Below are positions 1-9,190 of a stretch of 64,000 bases of DNA, piece by piece; position 1 is the stretch's first letter; each line of letters starts with the position of its first letter. A program made the translations under genes and the position numbers. Below the pieces are notes generated by a model. It saw nothing but the letters and a program-made list of their open reading frames with translations, did not search any database and was not told where the DNA came from. Origin of the DNA: a virus; IMG/VR virus record IMGVR_UViG_3300010970_000144, positions 5,591-69,590 of that record. One strand, written 5' to 3'.

Positions 1-462
1 TGGCTTAGCAACCTGCCTTGCTGTTTCTCTCAAGTATTCTACAACACCATTATTCTCTGCGTCTAATTTATATTCAAACTCTTCCAAATTGCCCATCTTA
101 AAGTAATTTTCTTCCATTGATTGTGGTCTACAATTAGCTTCTAACCATCTAGTTCCAAGATTTGCCCTAGGTATAAAGTGGCCGCATTGTATTTCCTGCC
201 ATCTCATCTTTTTGCCTGATGTGTAACATTCTACCATACCTTGTTTGTCTACATATTTACATCTAATATATTGGCTAAATACATGATCTAAATCTGAAAC
301 AAGATTTTGAAAGCTTTCACCATCATCTTCAAATTCTTCCATTCTTCTTTGAGTAGATTCAATAGTAGCGCATTGCTTACACATCTTTTTAGAAAAATGG
401 TAATCAATGTTACCGCATCTAACGCACCTTTTTTTCTTTACTATTATCGTTGAGTTTCTCAT
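1..462 (-). CDS. NinG/Rap-like recombination endonuclease (3' end outside window)
   Basis: Hand translation from ATG at 462: N-terminal CxxC..CxxC, then DLDHVFSQYIRCK..CYTSG..QCGHFIPR..TRWLEANCRPQ, the NinG pattern. Confidence 0.75.
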   Translation of the reverse strand, partial: MRNSTIIVKKKRCVRCGNIDYHFSKKMCKQCATIESTQRRMEEFEDDGESFQNLVSDLDHVFSQYIRCKYVDKQGMVECYTSGKKMRWQEIQCGHFIPRANLGTRWLEANCRPQSMEENYFKMGNLEEFEYKLDAENNGVVEYLRETARQVAKP

Positions 463-589
463 CTTCTTTTAATTTATGTAGTTTATTATTTATGAATCTA
501 TATTTACCAGTGTATTTACCATCCTTTGTTACTTCTATTATTAAATCAAGCTTTTTAGCCAATTCATATATTAGTTCCCTATTTTCCAT
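419..589 (-). CDS. small hypothetical protein (56 aa)
   Basis: Hand translation MENRELIYELAKKLDLII...; overlaps the NinG start; lies just downstream of a minus-strand TAnnTTTG box. Confidence 0.5.
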   Translation of the reverse strand: MENRELIYELAKKLDLIIEVTKDGKYTGKYRFINNKLHKLKEDEKLNDNSKEKKVR

Positions 590-597
590 TTGCAAAT

Positions 598-610
598 TTA
601 ATTAAATTAA
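598..610. promoter_or_regulatory. TTAATTAAATTAA operator-like motif in divergent promoter region
   Basis: One of 8 exact copies of this 13-mer, all at gene boundaries; Bacteroidota -7 box TATTTTTG at 672-679. Confidence 0.55.
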
Positions 611-698
611 TTAAAACACAAAATTATTTTTAAAAAAAATTAAAAATATTTGGGAATTTAAAAATTAATACTATTTTTGCTGTTCAACAATAAATTTT

Positions 699-896
699 AT
701 GGAAGAAATCAAAACAATGAAGCTTCATGAACGAATCAAGGAAGCCATGGATGGTCGTACACAGCGTTGGCTTTCATTAAATGCCAAGATACCAGAATCG
801 GAATTATCACGCAAGATGCAGGGTAAGTTGTTATTCACTGATAGTGAAATTACTCGCATAAATGAAGCTTTAAAAACCGATTTAGTAAACGATTAA
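699..896 (+). CDS. Cro/XRE-like helix-turn-helix regulator
   Basis: 65 aa; TQRWLSLNAKIPESELSRKMQGK has an HTH pattern; first gene after a divergent promoter. Confidence 0.7.
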   Translation: MEEIKTMKLHERIKEAMDGRTQRWLSLNAKIPESELSRKMQGKLLFTDSEITRINEALKTDLVND

Positions 897-905
897 GTAA
901 TAAAA

Positions 906-1634
906 ATGCCAAAAGATACATTCTACTTCTCACACGACTATAATGCTCGTAATGATGAGAAGATTAAAAGGCTGATTAGAAAACATGGTATGCAAGGGTA
1001 TGGTGTTTTTTGGTCAATAGTTGAGGATTTATACAATAATGCGAACGCATTGCGAATGGATTACGAAGGCATAGCGTATGATTTAAGGTCGGATAGCGAC
1101 TTAGTAGCGAGCGTAGTAAATGACTTTGATTTATTCATTTTTAATGGTGATTATTTTGGCAGTAATTCTGTACAAGAAAGACTTGAACAAAGAAATGATA
1201 AGAGCGCAAAAGCAAGAAAATCAGCTAGTTACAGATGGGATAATGCGAACGCAATGCAAACGCAATCCGATAGCAATGCTAAAAAGGAAAGGAAAGGAAA
1301 GGAAATAAAAGGAAAGGAAATAAAAGAAATAAATATATCGTTTGATATTTTTTGGGATTTATATGACAAGAAAGTGGGTGATAAGGATAAGTTGAAAAAG
1401 AAGTGGGAGTCATTGCAAGATTCAGATAGAAAATTAATCATTGACTATTTACCAAAATACAAGACTATCCAACCAGATAAAAAATTCAGGAAGGATCCTC
1501 AAACTTTCTTTAACAATAGTTCATGGAATGATGAATTGGTTGGTTTAGATTTACCAAAGCAGCAGATTTATAAAAATAACGATTTTGAAGCTTACAAGAA
1601 AAGACAACAGGAATTAGGAAAAACTTTAAATTAA
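906..1634 (+). CDS. phage replication initiator (DUF4373/Lin1244-like N-terminus)
   Basis: YFSHDYNARNDEKI..GYGVFWSIVEDLY N-terminus; FDIFWDLYDKKVG..DPQTFFNNSSWNDE C-terminus; internal repeats; upstream of the helicase. Confidence 0.75.
   Translation: MPKDTFYFSHDYNARNDEKIKRLIRKHGMQGYGVFWSIVEDLYNNANALRMDYEGIAYDLRSDSDLVASVVNDFDLFIFNGDYFGSNSVQERLEQRNDKSAKARKSASYRWDNANAMQTQSDSNAKKERKGKEIKGKEIKEINISFDIFWDLYDKKVGDKDKLKKKWESLQDSDRKLIIDYLPKYKTIQPDKKFRKDPQTFFNNSSWNDELVGLDLPKQQIYKNNDFEAYKKRQQELGKTLN
1240..1333 (+). repeat. putative replication origin: tandem 11-bp iterons plus GGAAA purine tract
   Basis: AATGCGAACGC/AATGCAAACGC/AATCCGATAGC/AATGCT at 1242-1280, then (GGAAA)n; ATAATGCGAACGCA also at 1036-1049. 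Confidence 0.55.
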
Positions 1635-1638
1635 TACG

Positions 1639-3504
1639 ATGATAGCTACTATTTTTAAAAACATTTTTAGCAAGGAACCTCACTTTATCACAATTGAAAA
1701 AGCTTTAGAAAGAATTAAATCTGGTTCAAGTAAGGAACTGGTTACTGAAATCAGGAATACTCTTGACAAGGAAAAGTCTAATAAGATTAAGCTAAATTTA
1801 CCTTCAGTTTGCTTTAGTGGTAAGTTTGGTAATGACAGGAAAGATGAGCAGCTTATTGAGCATAGTGGTTTCATTGTGCTTGATTTTGATGACATATCTG
1901 ATTTAAGGGATAAGCAGACCGATATAATTTCACATGATTTTGTGTATTCCTGTTGGGTTAGTCCGTCTGGTAATGGATTAAAAGCATTGGTAAAAATAGC
2001 TGACGGTTCAAAGCACAGAGAGCATTTTCAGTCTTTACAGGAAGTATTTCCTGAGATTGACAGGAGTGGAATCAATGTAAGTAGGGTTTGTTACGAAAGC
2101 TTTGATCCTGAAATTTATGTAAACGATAAGGCTTCTGTGTTTGCGAAAGCTAAGAAAATTGAGAAGATAACCGTAACCGAGAATCAGAATGTAGATTACT
2201 CCGAAAACTTTCGTAGAATATTAAAATGGCTTACGAATAAGAACGATGCTTTTGTAACAGGTGAGCGAAATACATATATTTTCAAATTAGCATCCGCATG
2301 TTGCCGTTTCGGTATTGATGAAAACGCTGCATTAGGCCTAATTTCGGCAGAATACACTGTAAGCAATGACTTTACTATGTCGGAGATGAAAAGCGCCGTA
2401 AAGAGCGGATATAGGGCAAATAGGAGCAATTTTGGAACGGCTTCCATACAGAAAGAAAAGTTGGTTAGTAAAGAAACTAATTATGAGATTGATGTAAAGC
2501 GCGAATTTACAGAAGAAAATGGTGAGAATTATAGGATTGAGGATGTGGTTTATGGTATTGATGTTAAGGACAGGGCTTTATCAATAAACGAAAAAGGGTT
2601 TGAGAAGATTATGGGTGTTGGTGTACCTGAGCTTGATTATTTGTTTAAGCCAAAAAGAGGAGAAATAACATTATTGACCGGCATTGGTAACTACGGAAAG
2701 ACCGCTTGGCAGAAATCACAGATTTTAGGAAGAATCATCATGTTTGGGGAGAAGATTGCTACATTTTCACCTGAAGATACACCAGCTGAAGAATATTTTC
2801 ATGATTATGTTGAGATGTTATTGGGTTGTGAGTGTACTCCATTTAATCCAAATAGGCCATCAAACGAGGTTTATGAAGCTGCTTATGATTTTATATCTAA
2901 ACACATTTTTTACATCAGCGCAGAAATGCTTTCCCCTACTCCCCAGTATATCAAGGAGAAGTTTCTTGAATTGATTGTACAAGAGAAGGTAGATTTTTGT
3001 TGTATTGATCCATTCAATCAGATGACAAATGATTACAAAGGATTCGGTGGGAGAACAGATAAATATCTTGAAACATTATTGGCTGATTTCTCGAGATTTG
3101 CAAAGAAAAATGATGTATATTTCTGGGTAATTGCGCATCCTAAATTAATGGAAAGAGATAAGACAGGTAACTATAAATGTCCTGATGTTTTTGATGTAGC
3201 TGATGGCGCAATGTGGAATAATAAAATGGATAATATATTAGTTTATCATAGACCATTTGCACAAACGGATCCTAATAATCCTTTAGCAGAATTTCATTCA
3301 AAAAAGATTAAAAAGAAAAGCGTTGGTAGAAAAGGTTTTATGTTAGTTGAATATGTTTGGGAAAGAAGGAGATTTTTTATTGAAGGAAGGGATTTTATAC
3401 AAGAGATGTTAAATAAAAAGAATTATGAATTTTGGAAAAGAAAAGAAGCAAGTCAAGCTTGGCTTCCATACCAAGATGAAAACGGAGAAGAAGTAATATT
3501 TTAA
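1639..3504 (+). CDS. primase-helicase fusion (VirE-N/BT4734-like AEP + PriCT + DnaB-like SF4 helicase)
   Basis: SGFIVLDFDD and VSPSGNGLK primase motifs; GERN PriCT motif; Walker A GIGNYGKT; CCIDPFN Walker B; IAHP motif. Confidence 0.85.
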   Translation: MIATIFKNIFSKEPHFITIEKALERIKSGSSKELVTEIRNTLDKEKSNKIKLNLPSVCFSGKFGNDRKDEQLIEHSGFIVLDFDDISDLRDKQTDIISHDFVYSCWVSPSGNGLKALVKIADGSKHREHFQSLQEVFPEIDRSGINVSRVCYESFDPEIYVNDKASVFAKAKKIEKITVTENQNVDYSENFRRILKWLTNKNDAFVTGERNTYIFKLASACCRFGIDENAALGLISAEYTVSNDFTMSEMKSAVKSGYRANRSNFGTASIQKEKLVSKETNYEIDVKREFTEENGENYRIEDVVYGIDVKDRALSINEKGFEKIMGVGVPELDYLFKPKRGEITLLTGIGNYGKTAWQKSQILGRIIMFGEKIATFSPEDTPAEEYFHDYVEMLLGCECTPFNPNRPSNEVYEAAYDFISKHIFYISAEMLSPTPQYIKEKFLELIVQEKVDFCCIDPFNQMTNDYKGFGGRTDKYLETLLADFSRFAKKNDVYFWVIAHPKLMERDKTGNYKCPDVFDVADGAMWNNKMDNILVYHRPFAQTDPNNPLAEFHSKKIKKKSVGRKGFMLVEYVWERRRFFIEGRDFIQEMLNKKNYEFWKRKEASQAWLPYQDENGEEVIF

Positions 3505-3524
3505 TAATTATAAAAAACAAAACA

Positions 3525-3863
3525 ATGATTAGAATTTCAGTTATTGGTCGTTTAGGCCAAGATGCAGTAGTTAACAATGTAAATGGTAAGACGGTGATTA
3601 ATTTCTCAATGGCTTACAGTGAAAAGTTTAAGAAGCAAGATGGTCAAGAAGTTGATAAAACAACTTGGATTTCATGTGCATATTGGACCGAAAAAATCAA
3701 TGTTGCTAGTTATTTAAAGAAAGGGACTTTGATTTACATGGAAGGTAAACCAGAAGCAAAGAATTATACAAATACTAACACTAATGAAACCGTTGCGCAA
3801 TTACACGCAAGGGTAGTTACATTGCAACTGCTTTCTGGTAAACAAGAGGAAGCCCCATTTTAA
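3525..3863 (+). CDS. ssb: single-stranded DNA-binding protein
   Basis: IGRLGQD..YLKKGTLIYMEG OB-fold pattern; acidic C-terminal ..EEAPF. Confidence 0.9.
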   Translation: MIRISVIGRLGQDAVVNNVNGKTVINFSMAYSEKFKKQDGQEVDKTTWISCAYWTEKINVASYLKKGTLIYMEGKPEAKNYTNTNTNETVAQLHARVVTLQLLSGKQEEAPF

Positions 3864-4084
3864 TGTATATACATGAATTAAAAAATATTATAGATGTCCA
3901 TACCCCACTCGGAAAAGGAAAAGCAATTGCATGGATTGATTACGGAAGTGAAGTCAACACTGTTTGGAAAGTTATATTACACGACAGTGGTATCGTGCGG
4001 AATTTTTACGACACCGACATTATCGTCTACCCAAATAAGATGGACGGCGGAGGTATTGACTTAGATTATTTTAAAAATAAATAA
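3863..4084 (+). CDS. hypothetical phage protein
   Basis: ORF translationally coupled to ssb (TAATG). Confidence 0.6.
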   Translation: MYIHELKNIIDVHTPLGKGKAIAWIDYGSEVNTVWKVILHDSGIVRNFYDTDIIVYPNKMDGGGIDLDYFKNK

Positions 4085-4085
4085 T

Positions 4086-4373
4086 ATGCAACAAGAACTG
4101 CAATTTGATGGTACTGATTATGTAAAAGAAAGGGATTATCAAAGATTGGCAAATAACCATTATAAGCTAAAAGAGTTAATGAAAGACTCTGTTTATAGGA
4201 CTCTTGGGGAAATATCTGATTTTACTGGTATTCCGGAAGCTTCAGTATCTGCTGGGTTAAGGGATTTTAGAAAAGAAAAGTTTGGTGGTCATTTTCTGAA
4301 TAAAAGATATGAAAAAAATGGTTTATATTCGTACCAATTAATCCTTAAAAAAGAGCAAAATGGCGAAAATTAA
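4086..4373 (+). CDS. winged-helix/HTH DNA-binding protein
   Basis: RTLGEISDFTGIPEASVSAGLRDFRK HTH pattern. Confidence 0.6.
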   Translation: MQQELQFDGTDYVKERDYQRLANNHYKLKELMKDSVYRTLGEISDFTGIPEASVSAGLRDFRKEKFGGHFLNKRYEKNGLYSYQLILKKEQNGEN

Positions 4374-4482
4374 ATCAGATCCTAGAAAAATTACATTTGG
4401 TAAAAGAAAGACAGGAAGTGCAAAAAAAACTTATAACAAACACTCGCCTAAGCCTAAAGAATATAGAGGTCAGGGGAGATAA
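4360..4482 (+). CDS. small basic protein (40 aa, ends YRGQGR)
   Basis: Hand translation MAKIKSDPRKITFGKRKTGSAKKTYNKHSPKPKEYRGQGR; fills the gap before the MTase. Confidence 0.6.
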   Translation: MAKIKSDPRKITFGKRKTGSAKKTYNKHSPKPKEYRGQGR

Positions 4483-4491
4483 AAATTAATT

Positions 4492-5106
4492 ATGAATGTA
4501 TTGGAATTATTTGCTGGTAGTAAATCTATCGGTAATGTTGCTGAACAATTAGGCATGAATGTTTATTCAAGTGATATTGAACAGTTTGGTGGCATTAACT
4601 ATGTTGTTGATATTTTAGAATTTGATGTAAATAATGTTCCCTTTAAGCCTGATATTATTTGGGCCAGTCCTCCATGCACAGGTTTTAGTGTTGCTGCAAT
4701 AGGTAGAAATTGGACAAAGACAGATGGGGATGCAATACCAAAATCTGACACCGCAAGACTTGGTATAGAACTAGTAAAAAAAACAATAGAAATAATTGAT
4801 TATTTTAATCCTAATTATTATTTTATTGAAAATCCAAGAGGTATGCTAAGGAAGTTGCAAATTATGCAACGTTTTAAGCGTCACAGCGTAACATATTGTC
4901 AATATGGAGATAGCAGAATGAAGCCAACCGATATTTGGACAAATAGCGAAACTTGGATTCCAAGATCTGCTTGTAAAAACGGAGATACTTGTCATGTTAG
5001 TGCGCCAAGAGGTTCAAGAACAGGAACACAAGGACTTGCAAATGCTTTTGAAAGAAGCAAAATACCGAATCAATTATGTGAAGAAATTTTAAAAAGTTGT
5101 ATATGA
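4492..5106 (+). CDS. DNA cytosine-5 methyltransferase (short, orphan)
   Basis: ELFAG (motif I), ASPPCTGFS (motif IV), IENP (motif VI). Confidence 0.85.
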   Translation: MNVLELFAGSKSIGNVAEQLGMNVYSSDIEQFGGINYVVDILEFDVNNVPFKPDIIWASPPCTGFSVAAIGRNWTKTDGDAIPKSDTARLGIELVKKTIEIIDYFNPNYYFIENPRGMLRKLQIMQRFKRHSVTYCQYGDSRMKPTDIWTNSETWIPRSACKNGDTCHVSAPRGSRTGTQGLANAFERSKIPNQLCEEILKSCI

Positions 5107-5246
5107 ATAACAAAGCCGCCAAAAAATTAAGAAGATTATCTGTTGCCCTAGCTGCCGGTTCCGGTAAGACTATTGATGATGCAGAAAGAATCTATAAAAA
5201 TCTAAAAACAGTATATAAAGAAAATAAAAAAGCCCCTAAAAAATAG
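5103..5246 (+). CDS. small hypothetical protein (47 aa)
   Basis: Hand translation MNNKAAKKLRRLSVALAAG...; ATGA overlap with the MTase stop. Confidence 0.5.
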   Translation: MNNKAAKKLRRLSVALAAGSGKTIDDAERIYKNLKTVYKENKKAPKK

Positions 5247-5258
5247 GGGCTTAATTTA
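5225..5258. terminator. bidirectional intrinsic terminator
   Basis: AAGCCCCTA-aaaaa-TAGGGGCTT hairpin flanked by A and T runs between convergent genes. Confidence 0.75.
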
Positions 5259-5259
5259 T

Positions 5260-5523
5260 TTAAGCGTTTGCAGCTGAATTAATTTGTGCTACAGTGGCAT
5301 TTGTGTAGAAGTAAACAGGTACTTGATTTAGTCCTGTTGGAGCTACTTCAACAATTGAGTTCATAGTTACTCCGTTTGCTACTGTTCCAGAAGGAGCTGG
5401 GTAAGCTACAAATCCTTCAACTGGGAATCCGTAAGCAATACCAGATGTTGCTGGAGTTCCATTTGGGTTTAATAAAGCATATTGATTTCTTTGATATGCA
5501 GTAATTGATACTATTTGTGCCAT
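5260..5523 (-). CDS. small putative virion protein, paralogue A
   Basis: Clear paralogue of the adjacent gene (Y.RNQY.L.N.NGTPAT.G..VANGV.MNS..P.GLNQ..ATVA). Confidence 0.65.
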   Translation of the reverse strand: MAQIVSITAYQRNQYALLNPNGTPATSGIAYGFPVEGFVAYPAPSGTVANGVTMNSIVEVAPTGLNQVPVYFYTNATVAQINSAANA

Positions 5524-5557
5524 TTTATAATGTTTTTATTTGTTTTTAAATTTTTAA

Positions 5558-5887
5558 TTAAGCTGCTGTTGTTGTAGTGGTTGTAGGAGCCGCTGTAGTG
5601 GTCGTAGTAGTAGTGGTAGTTTGGATTCCACCGCCATTGATAGCTGCAATTAAACCAGCAACAGTTGCGTCACTGTATAATTTTTCAGCAGGTTGATTAA
5701 GACCACTAGGGTAAATGAGAATTAATGAGTTCATTTGAACACCATTCGCCACAACCGTAGAAGGTTGAACCTGTAAGTTGGCTGTTGGTAAAGAAAATAA
5801 TACACCATTTGTTGCAGGTGTTCCATTTGCGTTTGTTAAATCGTATTGATTTCTACGATAAACATAAACTGATACATGATTTGCCAT
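5558..5887 (-). CDS. small putative virion protein, paralogue B with Thr-rich tail
   Basis: Start revised to ATG at 5887 (MANHVSV) to match paralogue A; C-terminal TTTTTTTTTAAPTTTTTTAA. Confidence 0.65.
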   Translation of the reverse strand: MANHVSVYVYRRNQYDLTNANGTPATNGVLFSLPTANLQVQPSTVVANGVQMNSLILIYPSGLNQPAEKLYSDATVAGLIAAINGGGIQTTTTTTTTTAAPTTTTTTAA

Positions 5888-6010
5888 TTTTTTTATTTTA
5901 TTGTTTATAAATTGTTTCAACAAATATACTTAAAATTTAGTAATTTTTATTTTAAAAAAAAGTATTAAATTAATTAAATTAGTTCTACATTTGTATTAAA
6001 TTAATTAAAT

Positions 6011-6709
6011 ATGAAATTAATTGCTCCGTCAAATAGAGTTATTATTAAAGTAGATTTAGAAAGTAAAAACAGCCATACTTTTAAAGATGGTACTAAAATC
6101 AAGTTGGAAAGAGTTTATGATAACTTTAATATGCGTTATGTAAAGCCAGTAAATGCAATAGTTGTAGCAGCTAAAGATATTCCAGAAGGCGCAGAGATAT
6201 TAATACATCACAATGCTACACACGATACATACAAGCTTTTTAATTACCTAAGACCAACAGCTGAAGCATCTTCAGATATTCAGTATTTTTCAATACCTAT
6301 TGAAGAATGTTTTTTATGGAGAGATGGTCAAAGTAAACCATGGCAGCCATTAAATAATTTTGTTACTGGGTTAAGAATATTCCAGCCGTACAATGGTCCA
6401 CTAGAAGGTATACCTCCTACTTTAATAAAAAATAAGATTTATGTTACAAGTGGTGAGCTTACAGGCAAGGTTGTAACTACTTTAATATCAAGTGACTACG
6501 AGATTATTTACCAGAATGATGATGGAACAGAGGGTAAAATAATTAGATTTAGATATTATCCAGAGGGTCATGAAAGAAATGAAGTAATTGCTATTGACCA
6601 TGACTTAACAACAAGAGTTATTAATAATGAATTTTTAATTGGGTATGGAGTTTCTGATGCATCAAAATTGGTAACAATATCAACACCAAATGTAGTATGT
6701 CTGAATTAG
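6011..6709 (+). CDS. GroES-like-fold protein upstream of terminase
   Basis: MKLIAPSNRVIIKV..AIVVA resembles a GroES N-terminus; TACATTTG -7 box at 5986-5993. Confidence 0.45.
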   Translation: MKLIAPSNRVIIKVDLESKNSHTFKDGTKIKLERVYDNFNMRYVKPVNAIVVAAKDIPEGAEILIHHNATHDTYKLFNYLRPTAEASSDIQYFSIPIEECFLWRDGQSKPWQPLNNFVTGLRIFQPYNGPLEGIPPTLIKNKIYVTSGELTGKVVTTLISSDYEIIYQNDDGTEGKIIRFRYYPEGHERNEVIAIDHDLTTRVINNEFLIGYGVSDASKLVTISTPNVVCLN

Positions 6710-7083
6710 AGCAAAAGGTAAAAGAATTAGAAAAATCAAATGCCTATTTAAGTGGCAAATTGGCTTATTATGAGCAAGATGGGGCAATTAAGCTTTATTA
6801 TAGCTTGCAAAGAAAGGCTAATGAGATGGCAGAATTGCTTAATAGGATTAATTTGCTAGATATTGAATTGATTGATCCAAAAGATAAGTCATTTGAAAGA
6901 TTGCAGAAGCTTTGGTCCGAAGCTGGCACAATTACTGAGTCTATTAGGGCATTAGAAATATCCGCTGGTATTAATCAAGAAGGAAAAGAAAGCAAAAAAG
7001 AGGCAGTTGTAATAAATAAAAGACCATTTTCACCAGAAAGTGTTGCTGATGAGATTGGTGAATTAGCAGGCAAACGCTCATAG
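6697..7083 (+). CDS. putative terminase small subunit
   Basis: Helical 128-aa ORF directly upstream of TerL; positional inference. Confidence 0.45.
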   Translation: MSELEQKVKELEKSNAYLSGKLAYYEQDGAIKLYYSLQRKANEMAELLNRINLLDIELIDPKDKSFERLQKLWSEAGTITESIRALEISAGINQEGKESKKEAVVINKRPFSPESVADEIGELAGKRS

Positions 7084-7084
7084 T

Positions 7085-9133
7085 ATGTACGAAAAAATTG
7101 AAAAAGGTTCCACGATTCACATTCAGGGATTAGATTGTAATCTTCCTCCAGAAGGTTATGTGTTTAATATATTGACCAAACAGGTTGAGCATAGGGGTAT
7201 TTATCAAAGGTCGGATATTCAGTCTGAGCAATATTGGAAAAGAATACCATTGCCAAGCTGGTACGCTGATACTATGAAGGAATGGGATGAGTACGATAAG
7301 AAGAAAAAAGATGATGCCCCAGAATTTTATGATGAAAAATTAGAAGATTTTAAAAAGCAGGAGTGGGATAGAAGATTGAATGGCTTTTGGTACATGAATA
7401 ATGGTAAGCCTACCTTTTTAACAGGTATGCATTACTTGTATTTGCAATGGTGGAGTATAGATATTGGTTATCCTAAATTCAGGATTCCGGATTTAGAGAA
7501 GTTTTATTTTATGGACTATTGCATACAGGATCCATTATGTATGGGAATGTTGGAGGTTACAAAAAGACGTTTTGGTAAGTCATTTGTGGCTGGTTTGTTT
7601 GTTACAGAATATACTACCAGAACCAAAATGACAAATGGAGGTATTCAGTCTAAAACAGGATCTGATGCCAAGAAATTCTTTGCAAAGACGGTTGTAAATC
7701 CATTCAGAAGGCTTCCTAAATTCTTTAGACCTGAGTACGATATGTCTTTGGGTGTTAATCCAAAGTCAGAAATGCGTTTCCAAAAGACAAACGTAAGAGG
7801 TAAGAAGGCAGAGGATAATGTAGATAAAGATGAACTTGGTTCAGTTATTGACCACCAGTCTGCCGATACGGTAGCTTATGATGGACAGAAGTTGCATAGG
7901 TATGTTGCGGATGAGTGCGGTAAAACAACAGAAGTAAACGTTTATGACAGACATGAGGTTGTTCGTTATTGTTTACTGGATGATGAAGGTAAGGTTATTG
8001 GTAAGGCTTTATATACAACTACCGTAGAGAAGCTTACGTCTGAAAAAGATGGTGTTCAAGAGGCATTTAAGCTACTTTGGGAAGAAAGTAATCAGGAGAA
8101 AAGACAAGACAATGGTACTACATCTAGTGGGTTGTATAGATTTTTCATGTCTGCAAAAAGAACAAGAAACTTTGATGATTTTGGTTTTCCAGATGAAGAA
8201 AAGACTTTTTTGCAAATTGAAGCAGATAGGGAAACGGTTAAAAACAACCCAAGAGCATTATCGGCTCGTATTAGAAAAGAGCCATTAACGATTGATGAGG
8301 CATTTAGTACAGATGCCGATGGATGCATATTTAATGTAATGAATATAGCAGCAAGAGAGTCGTATTTAAAAGAAAATCCGGTATTAAAAAGGCATGTTAT
8401 ATTTTATAGAGATATTGACCAAACGGTAAAATGGAGAAACATAAACGATAAAGAGGAAGATTTTCATTGGGTTATCACTCAATTTCCACCTGTTGGAAAA
8501 GAGAACAGTCATGTGTTTGATATTAGAACAAAAAAACCCGGTAGAACAGATGATGGCGCTATTGCAATTGATGGATACAGTAATAGTCAGGGCGGTAAAT
8601 TTGGTTCAAAAGCATCGGCTTGGATTGGTAGAAGATATAACTTATTAGATCCTTCAAATACCGGTAAGGCAATAGGTCATCTATATGGGAGGCCCCATAT
8701 TAAAGAAACGCTACACGAACAGGTGCTTTTAGCAGCAGAATATTACGGTTATCAAGCTTGGTATGAACATAATAGTGATGATTATCTTTCATATTTTAGG
8801 GAAAGGGGTAGAGTTGGTTATTTAGGTTCTTATCCAATTTCTACAATTGATCCTGCAAAAAGAGAAACAGCTGAGAGGTATAAGGGTTTTCCTACTACCC
8901 CATTTAGCCTTACAAAACAAGCTGATGTAGGAATTATGTATTTTGAATCACATATTGATTCTATAGATTTTGAGAATTTATTAGAGGATGCCAAAAAATT
9001 TGATCCAAATAACAGAACAGACTATGATATTACCGTTTCTTTTTTGATGCTTATAGTTTGTTTAATGGAACCTGTTATTAAGCCTCCTAAAAGAGAACCT
9101 TTGGTAAAAAGCTATGTTCCTTCTTTTAATTAA
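7085..9133 (+). CDS. terL: terminase large subunit (crAss-like type)
   Basis: LTGMHYLYL, Walker A KRRFGKS, Walker B YVADECGK, nuclease AIDGY and DYDITVS. Confidence 0.9.
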   Translation: MYEKIEKGSTIHIQGLDCNLPPEGYVFNILTKQVEHRGIYQRSDIQSEQYWKRIPLPSWYADTMKEWDEYDKKKKDDAPEFYDEKLEDFKKQEWDRRLNGFWYMNNGKPTFLTGMHYLYLQWWSIDIGYPKFRIPDLEKFYFMDYCIQDPLCMGMLEVTKRRFGKSFVAGLFVTEYTTRTKMTNGGIQSKTGSDAKKFFAKTVVNPFRRLPKFFRPEYDMSLGVNPKSEMRFQKTNVRGKKAEDNVDKDELGSVIDHQSADTVAYDGQKLHRYVADECGKTTEVNVYDRHEVVRYCLLDDEGKVIGKALYTTTVEKLTSEKDGVQEAFKLLWEESNQEKRQDNGTTSSGLYRFFMSAKRTRNFDDFGFPDEEKTFLQIEADRETVKNNPRALSARIRKEPLTIDEAFSTDADGCIFNVMNIAARESYLKENPVLKRHVIFYRDIDQTVKWRNINDKEEDFHWVITQFPPVGKENSHVFDIRTKKPGRTDDGAIAIDGYSNSQGGKFGSKASAWIGRRYNLLDPSNTGKAIGHLYGRPHIKETLHEQVLLAAEYYGYQAWYEHNSDDYLSYFRERGRVGYLGSYPISTIDPAKRETAERYKGFPTTPFSLTKQADVGIMYFESHIDSIDFENLLEDAKKFDPNNRTDYDITVSFLMLIVCLMEPVIKPPKREPLVKSYVPSFN

Positions 9134-9190
9134 TTAAAATTTTTATTAAATTCTGGAGATTTAGTATATTTGACACAAAATATATTCAAA

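Noticed and set aside
9170-9190. ORF-track starts at 9170, 44941, 49581, 5923, 50474, 51531 and 63346
   Set aside because: They overlap promoter boxes, terminators or upstream genes; downstream starts fit better
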